From NCBI GenBank assembly GCA_034780895.1, contig JAUZTB010000062.1, positions 22,716,742-22,780,741 on the forward strand: a stretch of 64,000 bases of DNA. The letters run 5' to 3'. The notes below the pieces were generated by a model. It made no database searches. It saw nothing but the letters and a program-made list of their open reading frames with translations, and was not told where the DNA came from. Source of the DNA: Rhynchobatus australiae. Lineage: Eukaryota. Both the position numbers and the translations under genes were made by a program. This document shows, one piece after another, positions 1-12,126 of this stretch (the first letter of the stretch is position 1; each line of letters begins with the position of its first letter).

Positions 1-861
1 AATGACACTAGCATCTTCTGGATCTCTTATAAACAAAAAAAAGTTAAAATTAAAAGATATTTTATGAAATGGTGATTAGGAAGCAGCTAAATCTGAAGAA
101 CTGGGATTGGTAGAGACAGAAATATAAATCAGAAATCCTGAACAGTTCTAATATTACCAAGACTTGGTAACAAATATACCACTGACAGCTAGTCAGAGCG
201 TATCACAACAGTTCAAGTGATTTTTCAAAGTGAAAAGTAACGTTGCAAGAAGAACGATTTTCCAAGGAGAAGATACTTATGCTGCCAAAAATCTGGAAAT
301 TCTGTTCCCTGCAAGTATTAGATCACTTTTGGCTCCCCAATCTTCTTTCTTTTGGCTTCTCATTCCTTTCCCTTTATGGTAGTCGGTAGACATTGCATTG
401 AAATTGAACACGGTCTTTCGAATCCCACTTTATGATTTGCTTTCTTGAATGACGTGGTTGGACCCTTCTGCTGTCAACTGTGGTATTACCATAAGGGGGT
501 TTCCATCTGACTTCTAAATGCCAGCAGTAAAGAAACTGCAGCTCTGCCGAGTTGTCGGAATGCTCCTCAAGGGAGCCATTTGGGTTTTCTGGAAAACCAT
601 CTCCTGACTTTCTGATTTTGGCCACATCACTGAAGAAAGGCGGTTGTCCAATTAAAAAAAACTTAAATATTGACGATGAATATTTCTGTTCACTAGTTGT
701 ACATGGAAACTCTCAGATTGCAGTCCAGAAAAAAACTTTCCCTATTCATGTACTTCTTTAAAAAAAATGTATTATGTAAAATAGTTTATAATAATGTCAT
801 CTCAATCACGGTCATAGAACAATGACAACCACTAAATCATGGGGACTTACAAAGAGAAAAA

Positions 862-1100
862 TAGTCTTGCACTTGTATCGTCCTTTTACATAAAAATCAG
901 AACATCCCAAAGTACTTCCCAAAATGAAGTAATCTTAACATTCAGTATAGGAAATGTGGCAATAATTTCTGCACAGCTAGTTCCCATGAACAGCAAGATG
1001 ACAGAATATCTAACTTTTTAAAAAAATGTCATCTGAGGGATAGATATTGGCCAGGATAGCAGATACTTCCCCTTCTCTTTGCGATCGTGGCACGTGAGCT
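862..1100 (-). mobile_element. Decayed DeuSINE (SacSINE1-like) 3' part
   Basis: The reverse complement resembles the Deu domain and tail (...TCCTGGCCAATATCTATCCCTCA...TTGCTGTTCATGGGA...TTTCCTA...CTTTGGGATGT...AAGTGCAAGACT). Confidence 0.6.
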
Positions 1101-1769
1101 TGAAATAGGATTTTGCTAAGTGAAGTCTACTAGGTCTAGTCCCAACAGCAAGCTGGAAGTCATCAAATAAAATCTTGAAGTTGGACATCCTTGTTCAAAG
1201 AGAGATTTTTTTCCCTGTAAGTATAAAACCCAACCTGCACATTTTGTACACGTTGCGGCTTGCTAGGCAAACAGCAGCAATAGTACTTCCATGCTGACCC
1301 ACAAGAACATGGACCAATGCTGTTAAACTGGTCTTCTCATAGCCAAGAAACAGTCCAGCAGCAACCAACCCTGAGAATGGAGCAGCCCAATCATGCCCAG
1401 TACCACAGATAGTCTGAGTCCCCTGCAATCAACAGCAGCATCAGGACCACAGATCAACTAGGACTGGTAGTTCAAAGAAAGCCCAAAGTGTACTCAGGAC
1501 TGATGGCAATAAAATCTTAAAGAATTAAAAATTACAGGTGCTGATATTCAAAATTCAAAGGTTTCCCCATGCACAAAACAGAACAGGAAATGACATCAGT
1601 GTTCATGCAAATCATGACAAGAAGTGCCCAATGGGTGGCTCCCCTCTAAGAAATGTGTATAAACACTGCAAACGATGCACATAAGCATATGTTATAACCT
1701 ATTTATGCTCAAAAACCAGTGCAAATAGATTTTCTCCAATCTAGTTTCTAGGACTCTTACCTCTTGAGA

Positions 1770-1875
1770 AAACAAATGGGGGCTTTCATTCAGCACAGGA
1801 CATCCCTCAGTAATACAAGGGAACATAGATTTTAAGCTTCTGGCTCAGAGGTGAGTGCCACAAACTGAGCTACCA
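1770..1875 (-). mobile_element. tRNA-derived SINE 5' head (DeuSINE-like), decayed
   Basis: The reverse complement begins TGGTAGCTCAGTTTGTGGCACTCACCTCTGAGCCAGAAG (A-box-like), followed by ...ACTGAGGGATGTCCTG, typical of this family. Confidence 0.45.
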
Positions 1876-2115
1876 ATAACACTGTAAATACTTGTGTTTT
1901 GGTAGTGCATAAAGGAAACTGTTTGAACAGGCTGACTTAAGTATGACACATTACAGGTTTCAGAAAAGAAAATGAGGCATCCAGTAGAAATCCACAAAAA
2001 CAAAATGATAGAAAGAAAACCTTGTTCCTTGTTGTGAAGCTCAATTATGAACAGAATGGTTCCAGACCAATTCCGAAATATTACAGGTACAGATCACATT
2101 ATACCACCAATCTAT

Positions 2116-2170
2116 TTGTTAGTAGGGTGAGTTTGTGTGTTTACAGCACACAAACTCACCCTACTAACAA
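2116..2170. repeat. Perfect 24-bp inverted repeat with 7-nt loop
   Basis: TTGTTAGTAGGGTGAGTTTGTGTG (2116-2139), loop TTTACAG, then CACACAAACTCACCCTACTAACAA (2147-2170), the exact reverse complement. Confidence 0.97.
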
Positions 2171-2280
2171 CAAACACGGCATCAGGATTTAGGGTTTAGA
2201 TGAAGTATGTCCTTCAATCTTATCGTTGCATTTTATACACATGATCTACCTGCCACGTGACCAGGCTATTTCTTAAATGA

Positions 2281-2772
2281 NNNNNNNNNNNNNNNNNNNN
2301 NNNNNNNNNNNNNNNNNNNNNNNNNNNNNNNNNNNNNNNNNNNNNNNNNNNNNNNNNNNNNNNNNNNNNNNNNNNNNNNNNNNNNNNNNNNNNNNNNNNN
2401 NNNNNNNNNNNNNNNNNNNNNNNNNNNNNNNNNNNNNNNNNNNNNNNNNNNNNNNNNNNNNNNNNNNNNNNNNNNNNNNNNNNNNNNNNNNNNNNNNNNN
2501 NNNNNNNNNNNNNNNNNNNNNNNNNNNNNNNNNNNNNNNNNNNNNNNNNNNNNNNNNNNNNNNNNNNNNNNNNNNNNNNNNNNNNNNNNNNNNNNNNNNN
2601 NNNNNNNNNNNNNNNNNNNNNNNNNNNNNNNNNNNNNNNNNNNNNNNNNNNNNNNNNNNNNNNNNNNNNNNNNNNNNNNNNNNNNNNNNNNNNNNNNNNN
2701 NNNNNNNNNNNNNNNNNNNNNNNNNNNNNNNNNNNNNNNNNNNNNNNNNNNNNNNNNNNNNNNNNNNNNNNN
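2281..2772. other. Assembly gap (N run)
   Basis: 492 consecutive N. Overlapping ORFs are artefacts. Confidence 0.99.
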
Positions 2773-4689
2773 CCTGCAATAGCCAAGTTATAATACAGAC
2801 TATGTGGGTTCATAAAATGTAAAACACAAGGATATTACGTCTTTTTTCTTGTCTTTATAAAGACAACTTATACATTTTTGACAAAATTATCTAATTGAAA
2901 ATACACAAAAGTTTAAAAGAGGGTTTAAATTAAAATTAAAAGGCAGTAAATTTAGTGGAAGAAATGTCAGTTATGTCAAGGTTCACTAAACAAAAGTAGT
3001 TTGGTTGCTTTTGTAAAAACCTATGCTTATTTTAAAAAAGGAGAATGTGCACTGATCAACAATGATGATTTATTTGCAGAATAACATCATATATATTTAA
3101 ATCTACGTGAAAATTCCTATCTTTTGAGTGGTGCAATCAGAGGCCAGGGCTGTCTAAGTTTGCCCTGCTCCTGAAAAATCCAGAGGTCAAATTCAAAACC
3201 TACTATGTTGACTTATTGTAGTTTTTATGCTGTTGTCTTTTGCAGTCAATTGTACTGGAACTCATTATTACAGATGTTTCTGCACACTGTAGAACTAGTA
3301 ACTTGAGATATTTCACCTAGTGGACTTGATGATCAATCCTTCATCTATTTTGCTGACTTATGTAAAGCAGGTGTAGGATNNNNNNNNNGACCCAATTCTA
3401 GCTGCAATTATACTGTAGATAAATAAAATAATTATTATGTCTGAGAAAAGTTAAATATTCAGACTGCTTTTAAGAAGTAATCTTGCTTCACTTAATACAC
3501 TTTTATCTTAAAGAGCAAGTTTTACATGACAGTTTCATAGTGCACTTAAATAAATATTGGCAAGATGAACCCATCAATTGTCCTTAGCAATTGATAGCAG
3601 TAGATGTATCCTACTCAGTTTTTTTTTTGTTTATATATACACCATTGCAGCTAGAATCCAGGAGATATCTTGCAAGTGAAATAATAGTGAAACAAAAAAA
3701 ATAAATTCACTTTTTTTTTTGAAAACCATAGGAACAAAATTTCTCTGCTTCATGACACATGGGATGTGCAAATTCAACATGATGTTAGATGCTTTTAAAA
3801 TATCTTCCCAAAATACCTTATTAAATCTACAAGCCTGGCTAATAATTTACATCCCTCATTACGTTTTAGCTATGTTGATCTCAGCTTTTAAAAAGGTAGA
3901 ACTTTTAGAATGTGCTCAAAACTTCTCTCAAGGTCAGAAATATCAGCAGGATCCTCTTCCAGAATTAGGGCAGTCCTAGTTTTGGAGGTCTGAATTCCAT
4001 CATCCCATTCTTGCAATGCATCACCAAATAGCCTTACAATACAAATATTAAGGGTACTATAAATAAAAATACATATTGACACAAATTCTGAAATCTATTG
4101 ACACAAAACCCAACTATTGATAAAACAAGCAGAAATGGCCATATTTGATTTTTAAAATGTGTATGGCATCTGACATCACTAACCTGGCTCTCAATAATGT
4201 TTGGGCTGGTATGAATTATGAATATGACTGTAACCTCACTGGAATATTTTGCTAAATCTAATCCATTGTGTAAATAATGTGATCTGTATGTGACACATTG
4301 CTGATCACTTAAATGTTTAACCCCCAGTTTTCTGGAACTGATGAGATGTACATCTCTGGTCATCGCCAAGCACACTTGCACAGTGAGTGAGAAAGCCTGG
4401 GTTGACTCTTTGGCGTTATACAAAGTGGGACTATACCCACTGCACTCCTGCTACAGTGTACAGGTCAATTTACACTTGGATACTCATGAGAGTACTCCTG
4501 GATTAACATTCTTTCCACAGAAAACCTGGCAAATGTTGTTATATTTTTGATTAATGAACATTCTGAAGTAATTCTAGGAAACAGTGATTCTTTCCATATC
4601 CACTCTCTTGGATAAATATGCTCTCCATTAGAGAGAACCATCACAGCTTATGCTTGATGCTTTACTGGGTCATGTCACTCAAAAATAAA

Positions 4690-5063
4690 GTTGGAGTCAT
4701 GCAACAAAGAAACAGGCCCTTTAGCCCACTGTGTCTATGTCCACCATTGTCCTATCTATACTTGTCCCACATTTGCTCTAATGGCCTTTCTTGCCTTAGT
4801 GATTCAAGTGATTGTCTATTTGCTTCTTAAATACTGCGAGAGCAACCAATTCTACCACCACCTCAGGCACTCCAAAAAAAAATCCCCCCCCCAGTTCCTG
4901 AGAATGTTCTAGCTCTCACCTTATACCCATGCCATTTTGTTTAAGATGGCACCCACCAAGGGAAAAAGGTACTTACTTTCCCTACATCTATCCCCCTCAG
5001 AATTTTATAGACCTCACTCAGGTCACCTTTTCGACTTTGTGTTCTAGGGAAAGCAAACCAAGC
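4690..5063 (-). mobile_element. CR1 LINE 3' end, decayed
   Basis: Plus strand reads ...AAACAGGCCCTTTAGCCCACT...ATCTATCCCCCTCAGAATTTTATAGACCTC..., the reverse complement of the CR1 ORF2 C-terminus and 3' UTR seen elsewhere in the window. Confidence 0.75.
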
Positions 5064-5139
5064 AATATGTATGGTTTGTGTCAAAACTAGTTACCTCTCA
5101 CACTCATTGGCATTTTATATTTTTGGCTGTTTCTTCTTG

Positions 5140-5447
5140 GGGGACAGTGGCATGGCACAGCTCCAGCAATCCACATTCATTCCTGACCTCAGGTGCTGCC
5201 TATGTGGAGTTTGCATGTTCTCCCTGTGACCACACGAGTTTTCATTGGATGCTCCAGTTTCCTCTCTCATCTCAAAAGGTATGCAGGTTGTTAGGTTAAT
5301 TGGTCACTGTAAATTATCCCTAGATTGTAGGTGAGTGACAGAAGCTGGAGGAAGTTGATGGGATTGTGGGGAGAATCAAATGGGATTAGTGCGAGTGGGT
5401 GTTTGATGGTCAGCATAGGCTGTTTCCATGCAGTATGGCTCTATGGT
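5140..5447 (+). mobile_element. V-SINE (HE1-type) with CR1-derived tail, old copy
   Basis: V-domain GTGGAGTTTGCATGTTCTCCCTGTGACC...GCTCCAGTTTCCTC, tail ...CTGTTTCCATGCAGTATGGCTCTATG. Confidence 0.8.
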
Positions 5448-8294
5448 TACTACTCTATAACAATGGTAAATGTAGATTATTTTTAATTTGCCCTGGGGAA
5501 TAGTTATACTGGAAATCTAGCATTTATTGCCCAATTCTCATGGCCTTGAAGGAGCAACTCAAGTTGCATACCAGTGGGCTTGAAGTTATATCTTGCCCTG
5601 ATTTGGCAGCAAGTGGCTGACTGCATTTCCTAGGAGGATGACTAGCAAGAGTTTATTTTCACAAAGATGTTCCAGCTGGTGTACTTTTCTTCTACTGGCA
5701 CCACCCCACAAATGATTCAATTATTGAATTCCATTTCACAACTTGCCAAGATGCAACTCTGGAACCTTTATTTTAGGGCTGTATGCACTTGACCTCAGTA
5801 TCCTTTGAAATTACTCCCTTCTCTGCAAAGACTTAATTTGTACGATCTGATTTTCTGGGGAACATTGGGAGGGGTAGATGGGAAAACGAGGAAGAGTGTA
5901 TTCAGTGTGAAGTCAGTCAGAACTGCAAATGACATCCAGCCTCAGTATAAAGAACGCAAACACAACATATGCTGGAAATTGTATGATCAATTCTCCTCCA
6001 GCTCACCCAGTCTTACTGCAACCTCAGAAGACATTCTTACTGACTCAGACCTAATTTTATTTTCTAGGGAAACTTAGTGCCAATCCATATTGGACTTGGC
6101 ACTAAACAATGCTGTTTGGGGAAAGAAAATCATGTTTGTTCCCATTCATAGAGCAAGATTTAAACCCAAATTCTGACAATAAGCAATAAAGAGTCAGCCT
6201 AACCTTACTGTGAAAGTCCGCTTCAATGCAAGGTTGGAAGTACCACTGGATACCAGTGTTGGCCTAACAGTTACAATTACTGTTGAGGAATTTTACTAGC
6301 TTACAGACAGACCTAGACACATCAAAACAAAAATTCTGCAATGGGCCAGGATTTAATTCCCCAGTGAAGGGAGGTCAAGGTTAAGCCACTCTGGGAGAAG
6401 TACAAAAGATTTACCCCCATTCGTTATCAAGGACCACTGGATTTTAACACAGTTGAAAGAAAACATATTCAACTCACCACCATTAATAGCCCCATCCTGA
6501 AATTTCACACAAAATTATATTCCTCTCATACTTTTTCAATTTCCAAAGTATTACACATCACTTCTTGGCAAAGAGTGTGGCTTCAGGCAACCTGGTTAAT
6601 GACTCTTATGTCACCTTCAGTCTTGACGCTTACCAATGTGACAGAATAGCCCAGTGCGACTGGACAATTTTTACTCCGTCTTTCTAAGAAGGTTTTACTT
6701 TTGATACACACACCTTCTACAATCAAATGAGCTAAGATCATGAACTCATCATGACAAAAATTAGAGATACTGACCACCTTGCAGCACTCAAAACTCCAAA
6801 ACTAAGCAGCTCCTGACATGCACTTTCAAAAGGATCAATATGGACTATGCCATCTCCATATCTTGAAGGTTTTTATTTAGCAAAACCACACATTATAATT
6901 TCCACCCCAATACCCATCATACCACGTCTCTGTACTCAATGGAACTTGCTTGGAATTAATTCATAAATCAGTCATTTTTGATAGCATCGGTTCCTTCAAT
7001 TTGCTTACATCAAATGAATTTCTTCTCACCAAATGAAGAATGAGGAACAAGTGCAGTTTATTTGACTGCTTCACAGGAAGATATTTCTAATCAGTTAATG
7101 TTGTGGGTGTTGTGGTTTTGCAAAGTGAGATATTCAGCAAATGTTTTTGACTCTATATCCTGTGTTAAATTGGCATTTATTAACTGTCACACAATTTACA
7201 AGGCTGACATCAAGGAGGAATAGTTTACTTAATTAGGTGCAAAGTGAAATGTTATTACATTAAACTTGCACTGTAAAAGTTGTACAAGGTGAAGGTTGAC
7301 ACATATGATATAATTAATTTTATTATAATCACCACCATACATTATCAAAAAGATACTAATTGATATAATGTCTTTTACATTACAAAATATCCTTGGAGAA
7401 ATCAATACACCGTAATCACACAAAAGTTGACACCAAGCTATGCAAGGCACCAAGGGAGATGACAAAAGACTATTTTTAAGGTCACTTTTAAAGGAATAAA
7501 GTTCTAGTAGAGCAGAGGAGTCCAGAGGAGAAAACACTAAACAGTATGATATATAGATAGCACATGGACTGAACAGTATAAAGATCAGATTGATGTACTA
7601 TATCTGGCATTTCCTGTTTCACAGCTAAATAATTATTGTCTCAAATATTACTTGTAATTGTTTAAAAAAATCTTCAAAACATGATCTCTGAATCTTAAAA
7701 AACGTAGCCTTCTTTGAATATTCAAGGCTGTTAAAATTCTCCAAAAAAAAACCACATTGTAAAAAGGGTTATAATTAAACCCATCTGTGTACCTTCGAAC
7801 AAATTCCCTTTGTTCAAGTGATTTTAAGTAATAGAAACTAGCAACTTAACTGAATAAAATCAAAGTGGCAATTCACCCCCACAAAAAAGCGGCATCAGAG
7901 AGTATTAAACTTCCTCACACTGCTTTAGTAACCTGGTGCAGTCTTTCCAACAAATTATACCATTGTTAAAGGATGCAACAACATTGTCCTTTCTAAAGAA
8001 AATCCAGGTATGAAAAGAATTTTGAACAAACATCACTATTACTGTTGAATGAGAAACTTCAAACATCAGCAAAGACAATGGCTGATGCCACAGACTTGCT
8101 TAATCCCCAACCCCCGTCTGATTATCTAGCACATTATGCAAGACTTGCCAAAAAGTTAATTTACAGCTACTTAATTGAACTGAATATTGAGTAAGAGTGA
8201 TAAATCTTTTCTTCAAAAGAAAAAGAGACATGCATATATTTGTGAAAAGATTACATGGTTTTTGAATGATAAAAGACATTAAACTTTTACTCAC

Positions 8295-8993
8295 TGTTCT
8301 GGCTCTTCACTTTAGTTTCGGTAACTGCTCGCTCTGGCTGCACTTCCTGTGACTGATGGTAATTAGTGTGGGGAGAGATAGAATTTTCCACCTGTTTAGC
8401 TGGGACTTCTTGATGCTTTGCTGTCTGAATCTCCACTTTTTTTGGAGATACCTCTGCTGGGGAAGAGTTCTCAAAAGCACGAAGGGTTAGCATACAGGGA
8501 NNNNNNNNNNAAGATCCAAAGCTTTCTGTTCTTCTTGGAATGGATTCTGTGAGCTTGGAGCCTGCAGTCTCCAATCTTCTTGAGGAGATTTCCTGAACTT
8601 TTGCTCCAGAAATTTCTGTTCTCCTGGGAACCGTTTCAGGAGGCTTGTGGCCTAGCAGTTCCGCCCTTTTAAGGCTGATCTTTGGGACGCCATGACTCGC
8701 ACCTTCTACTTGCTTTGAAGAAAGGTCAATAGAAATCTCTGCTCTCCGTGAGACTGGCTCTGGGTGCTTAGGCCCTGTAATTTCAATTCTCTTGACTGAT
8801 GACTTTGGTGATTTAGCATTAGGTGCTTCTGCCTGTTTCAAGGTTGAATCTGTAAACTTTGCGCCCAAGTCTTGATATTTGTGTCCAGATGATGGGCTTG
8901 GTCTCAGCAGAGGAGTTGGGATTNNNNNNNNNNGAGTGGAGGGATTTGGGGGGGGCTGATCCACTTCCTCTACCTCAAATGATCTTTTCAAAG
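8295..8993 (-). CDS. SEPTIN9: Septin 9 large internal coding exon (basic/acidic N-terminal domain), 699 nt, phase 1 to phase 1
   Basis: Translation (A)LKRSFEVEEVDQ...PTPLLR...KYQDLG...EPVSRRAEISIDLSSKQVE...LKRAELLGHKPPETVPRRTEI...PKKVEIQ...KSQN matches the recalled human SEPT9 N-terminus (ALKRSFEVEEVE...EPVSRRTELSIDISSKQVE...PRSQE). Acceptor is a pyrimidine tract ending TTCTTAG|CT (AG at 8995-8994). Donor is AACA|GTGAGT (GT at 8294-8293). Two 10-N runs preserve the frame. Confidence 0.97.
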
Positions 8994-9235
8994 CTAAGAA
9001 CGAGAGAGAAAGGGGAAGAAAAGCACATTAATCGAACTAATATAATTTTTCTAATGCCACTTTTCAGCAAAGGTGGGAATCACACCTTATAAACATTATT
9101 CCATGATTTGATGGGCTCTCCTGCTAATTCTGTTGCAGTTCAGAAAGTTAAAAGATTGCTGGAGAAGAGGGAATGAGCAAGATTTTCAGTCACAATTCAG
9201 CCAAAATATTGACAATTAATCATTATTTATCAATA

Positions 9236-9784
9236 CAGGTAGTTCTGCTATAACATACATTTTCATAACACAAATTGGACATAACGCAATTGATGAATTA
9301 GGGAACACTATTTGGTTTACGTGATCCGTCAGAGAACCACTTAAGAATTACTTAGAAAATTGACAAGCAGGGAAAAAGCTATCTTTGGGGTGTGGGGGAG
9401 GTATTGGGCAAAATATAAACTGTTTCCACATAACTTCCCTGCAATAAGCAGACACCATTGTCTCTGGTGTGCTGCTAGTTTCACCATGGGAGGTCATTGA
9501 AAATTTGACCAGAAATCACTTCTATTCAAATGTCTGCAAGGATACTTTAAACAATGTAACATTCAGCCTTTAGTACTAGCTTGCAGTAACAAGGTAAACT
9601 TATAGCTATTAAAAACACCTTTATTTTTGAAAATTCTGTGGGAAAAATAACTTTGTTATTGTGAGTCTGTAACTCCCCAGCCCCAACTCCTTTTTCTCAT
9701 TGACACATTTGTTTTTATAACATGATTTTCTATAACGCGAGGTTTCTTACAAATACAACTGTGGTGTTATAGAGGAACTACGCA
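9236..9784. mobile_element. Tc1/mariner Tigger/pogo-like MITE with TA target duplication
   Basis: Left end TA|CAGGTAGTTCTGCTATAACA. Right end TGTTATAGAGGAACTACGCA|TA (reverse complement TGCGTAGTTCCTCTATAACA). Internal repeated TATAAC(G/A) sub-terminal motifs and no ORF. Confidence 0.7.
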
Positions 9785-11079
9785 TAGTTTCTTGGTCAGG
9801 GCTCAGATCCTCAAGGAACTAGACTGACAGGTTAAGTTGATTTCATTCAGTCTTTATTTAGACTATGGAGAGGGAATTTCACCAAATATGCTGTCTTGGG
9901 TTCAAACCCCGGGTTTCAGAGGAGAAGCTGCACTTCATTAACAGAAAGTCCCAATAAAAAGACGCAATGACTTTGGAGTCTTACCGTCCCTGTTAAATTA
10001 AAACACATCATAACAGCATGGGTGATGATCTGTATTGGGTTAGTATGTTTTCCAAGTGATTGCTTTCTTGAAACTGTAACTGTTCTCTAAATGAATTATC
10101 TGCTATTTTAATAAAAATACCAGTCAGCATGATTTATCAATTACTTAACCTGATATGGCAAATGCACATCAGAAGCAAACAGCAATCTGGCAATGCTTAT
10201 NNNCCTGTTTCTTGTAACTTCCAAATACTCATTTTCCTATACACCACTCTGACAATTTACGTCATACTTGCAAGCCTTTGATGGCCATTATCACTGAGAA
10301 CTAGTGTTGATACATACATATTTATTCTGTTATGCTTCAACTTGAATAAAAATGGTGTGGGCATCTAATCTTGGCATTAAGTTGATTTAGCATCCTTGTG
10401 TCTCTCAGATTTTTGGACTTCAACATCCTCCTGACAATATACCATCATTAATTGCTCTGCAGCTTCCAGTGGAGGTTCCCAGGCAGTGGTGTACACCCAA
10501 GAGATACACAAGTTACCTCTGGGGGATAAGTGGGAGGAACTGTGCAATGGTAGACATGTCAGGCAAGGGGGAATAATTTCATAGAATTGGGGTAACAGTC
10601 AAGTAAATACTGATTGGCACTTAAGGAGTTAAAAGGTAATAACCCTGTGTGAAGGGTAATTTTTTTAAATTGCATTTTCCCTTGGAGAGTTGCAGGGGGT
10701 ATGTGATGAAGTTTGGTAAACTCTGCTCTCACATACCAAAAGTTCAGGAACAAAAAGCAATAACAGTGATAATAAATCATCATGTGGCAAAAATAAAAGA
10801 TTTAGCAATATACTGGCAGCAGCTCTTGAAAGTAAATCAGTCCTAGAACAAAGGGAAGCACTCAAAAGGGTTAAAGGCAAACATGTGCCTAGAAAGAACA
10901 TGGGTGGGAGCCCCCTGGATAACAAGGATTATAGAGGATAACACAAGGCCAAAATAAGTACACTTGAGCAGAAAGTCTTGGAGTATGAAAAGGGGAGTAA
11001 AATTGAAAAAGGAAATTAGGAAAATGAACAAAAGATAATGAAAAATACCAGAAGAAAAATAAGGTATCATTAGGTTTTC

Positions 11080-12126
11080 TTTTACAAGTACCTGAAGACT
11101 AAGATGACGACTCACAGAAGAAGAGCAGAGCCTGTTCTGGTCCAAAGTGCTAGCCTATGCATGGAGCCAAAAGATGTTCTCAATACTTGTGATAACAAAA
11201 GAAGATTCGACACTAAACTGTGAAATATTGACTGGGATAATCTTTCCCTTTTTACTTTGTTTAAAGGGCTTAAGCATCTTTGAAAGCGGATACACTGCCA
11301 GGCCTGGATGAAACTTATTGCAGGGTGTTAAGAGAAGGAAGCATCCTTTTTCATAGCTCCCTGATCATTGGATTGCTGCCAGAGAATTGAAGGACAATGA
11401 TCATATGATTGACTTTTTTTTAAATTTGGGAAGATGTACATTTGGGAATATGTAACAAAGCAAGAGAATACATAATGAATGGAAGAACATTGAGTGGTGT
11501 GAAGACTGGAAAGTGCATCCAGAGATCTCAAAGTAACAGGGTCATGAAGGGTGTTTAAGAGCACATACGCTGATATCCTTTCTTAGTCAAAGCACAGAAT
11601 ACAAGAGCTGGAGTTATGCTAGAACTCTGTATGTCATGACTTGGGCCACAGCTTGAATACCTCACACACTTCTGGTCACTACATCATAAGAAAAATGTTA
11701 CTGCACTGGAGAGAGCGCAGTGGAGATTTACAAGGCTGTTACCTGAACTGTAAAATTGTATTTTTGAGAAAAGATTGGATAAATTTGTGTTGTTTCCTTT
11801 GGAACAGAGCAGGTGGAAGAGGACTTTAATTGTATGAAAGGGCTGAATAGAGTAAAAAGGAAGGATCTATTCTCTTTTAAGGAAGGATTTAAATTAATTG
11901 GTAGAAGGATTACAGGTGAGATGATGAGAGAGAAAAATAAAATCACAAATATGGTGGTGGAGGCAGAAATCTTGGTCACATAAGAAATATTGGAACATGT
12001 CCTTGAAGGGCCATGACCAGCAGGGCTTTGGCCCAAATGCTGGAAGATGGAATTAAGTTGGGTAGCTCTTTTCCGATCAAAGACACTTTGGGCTGAGTGG
12101 CCTCCTATGTCATAATGTTTCTATGA
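11080..12126 (+). mobile_element. CR1 LINE ORF2/3' end, heavily decayed
   Basis: ...GAATACAAGAGCTGGAGTTATGCTAGAACTCTGTAT...GGGCCACAGCTTGAATAC...GCACTGGAGAGAGCGCAG...GGGCTGAGTGGCCTCCTATG...TCTATGA. Confidence 0.7.

Noticed and set aside
374-640. 83-aa minus-strand ORF with an acceptor-like CTTTCTTCAG, considered as the next SEPT9 exon
   Set aside because: The open frame needs phase 2 but the upstream exon ends in phase 1, the phase-1 frame hits a stop, and there is no similarity to the following SEPT9 sequence.
2220-2822. Long ORFs of 168-197 aa
   Set aside because: They consist almost entirely of translated Ns.
8501-8933. Possible frameshift or pseudogenisation at the two 10-N runs in the exon
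   Set aside because: Each run plus its flanking bases spans exactly four codons, and similarity to SEPT9 continues in the same frame.
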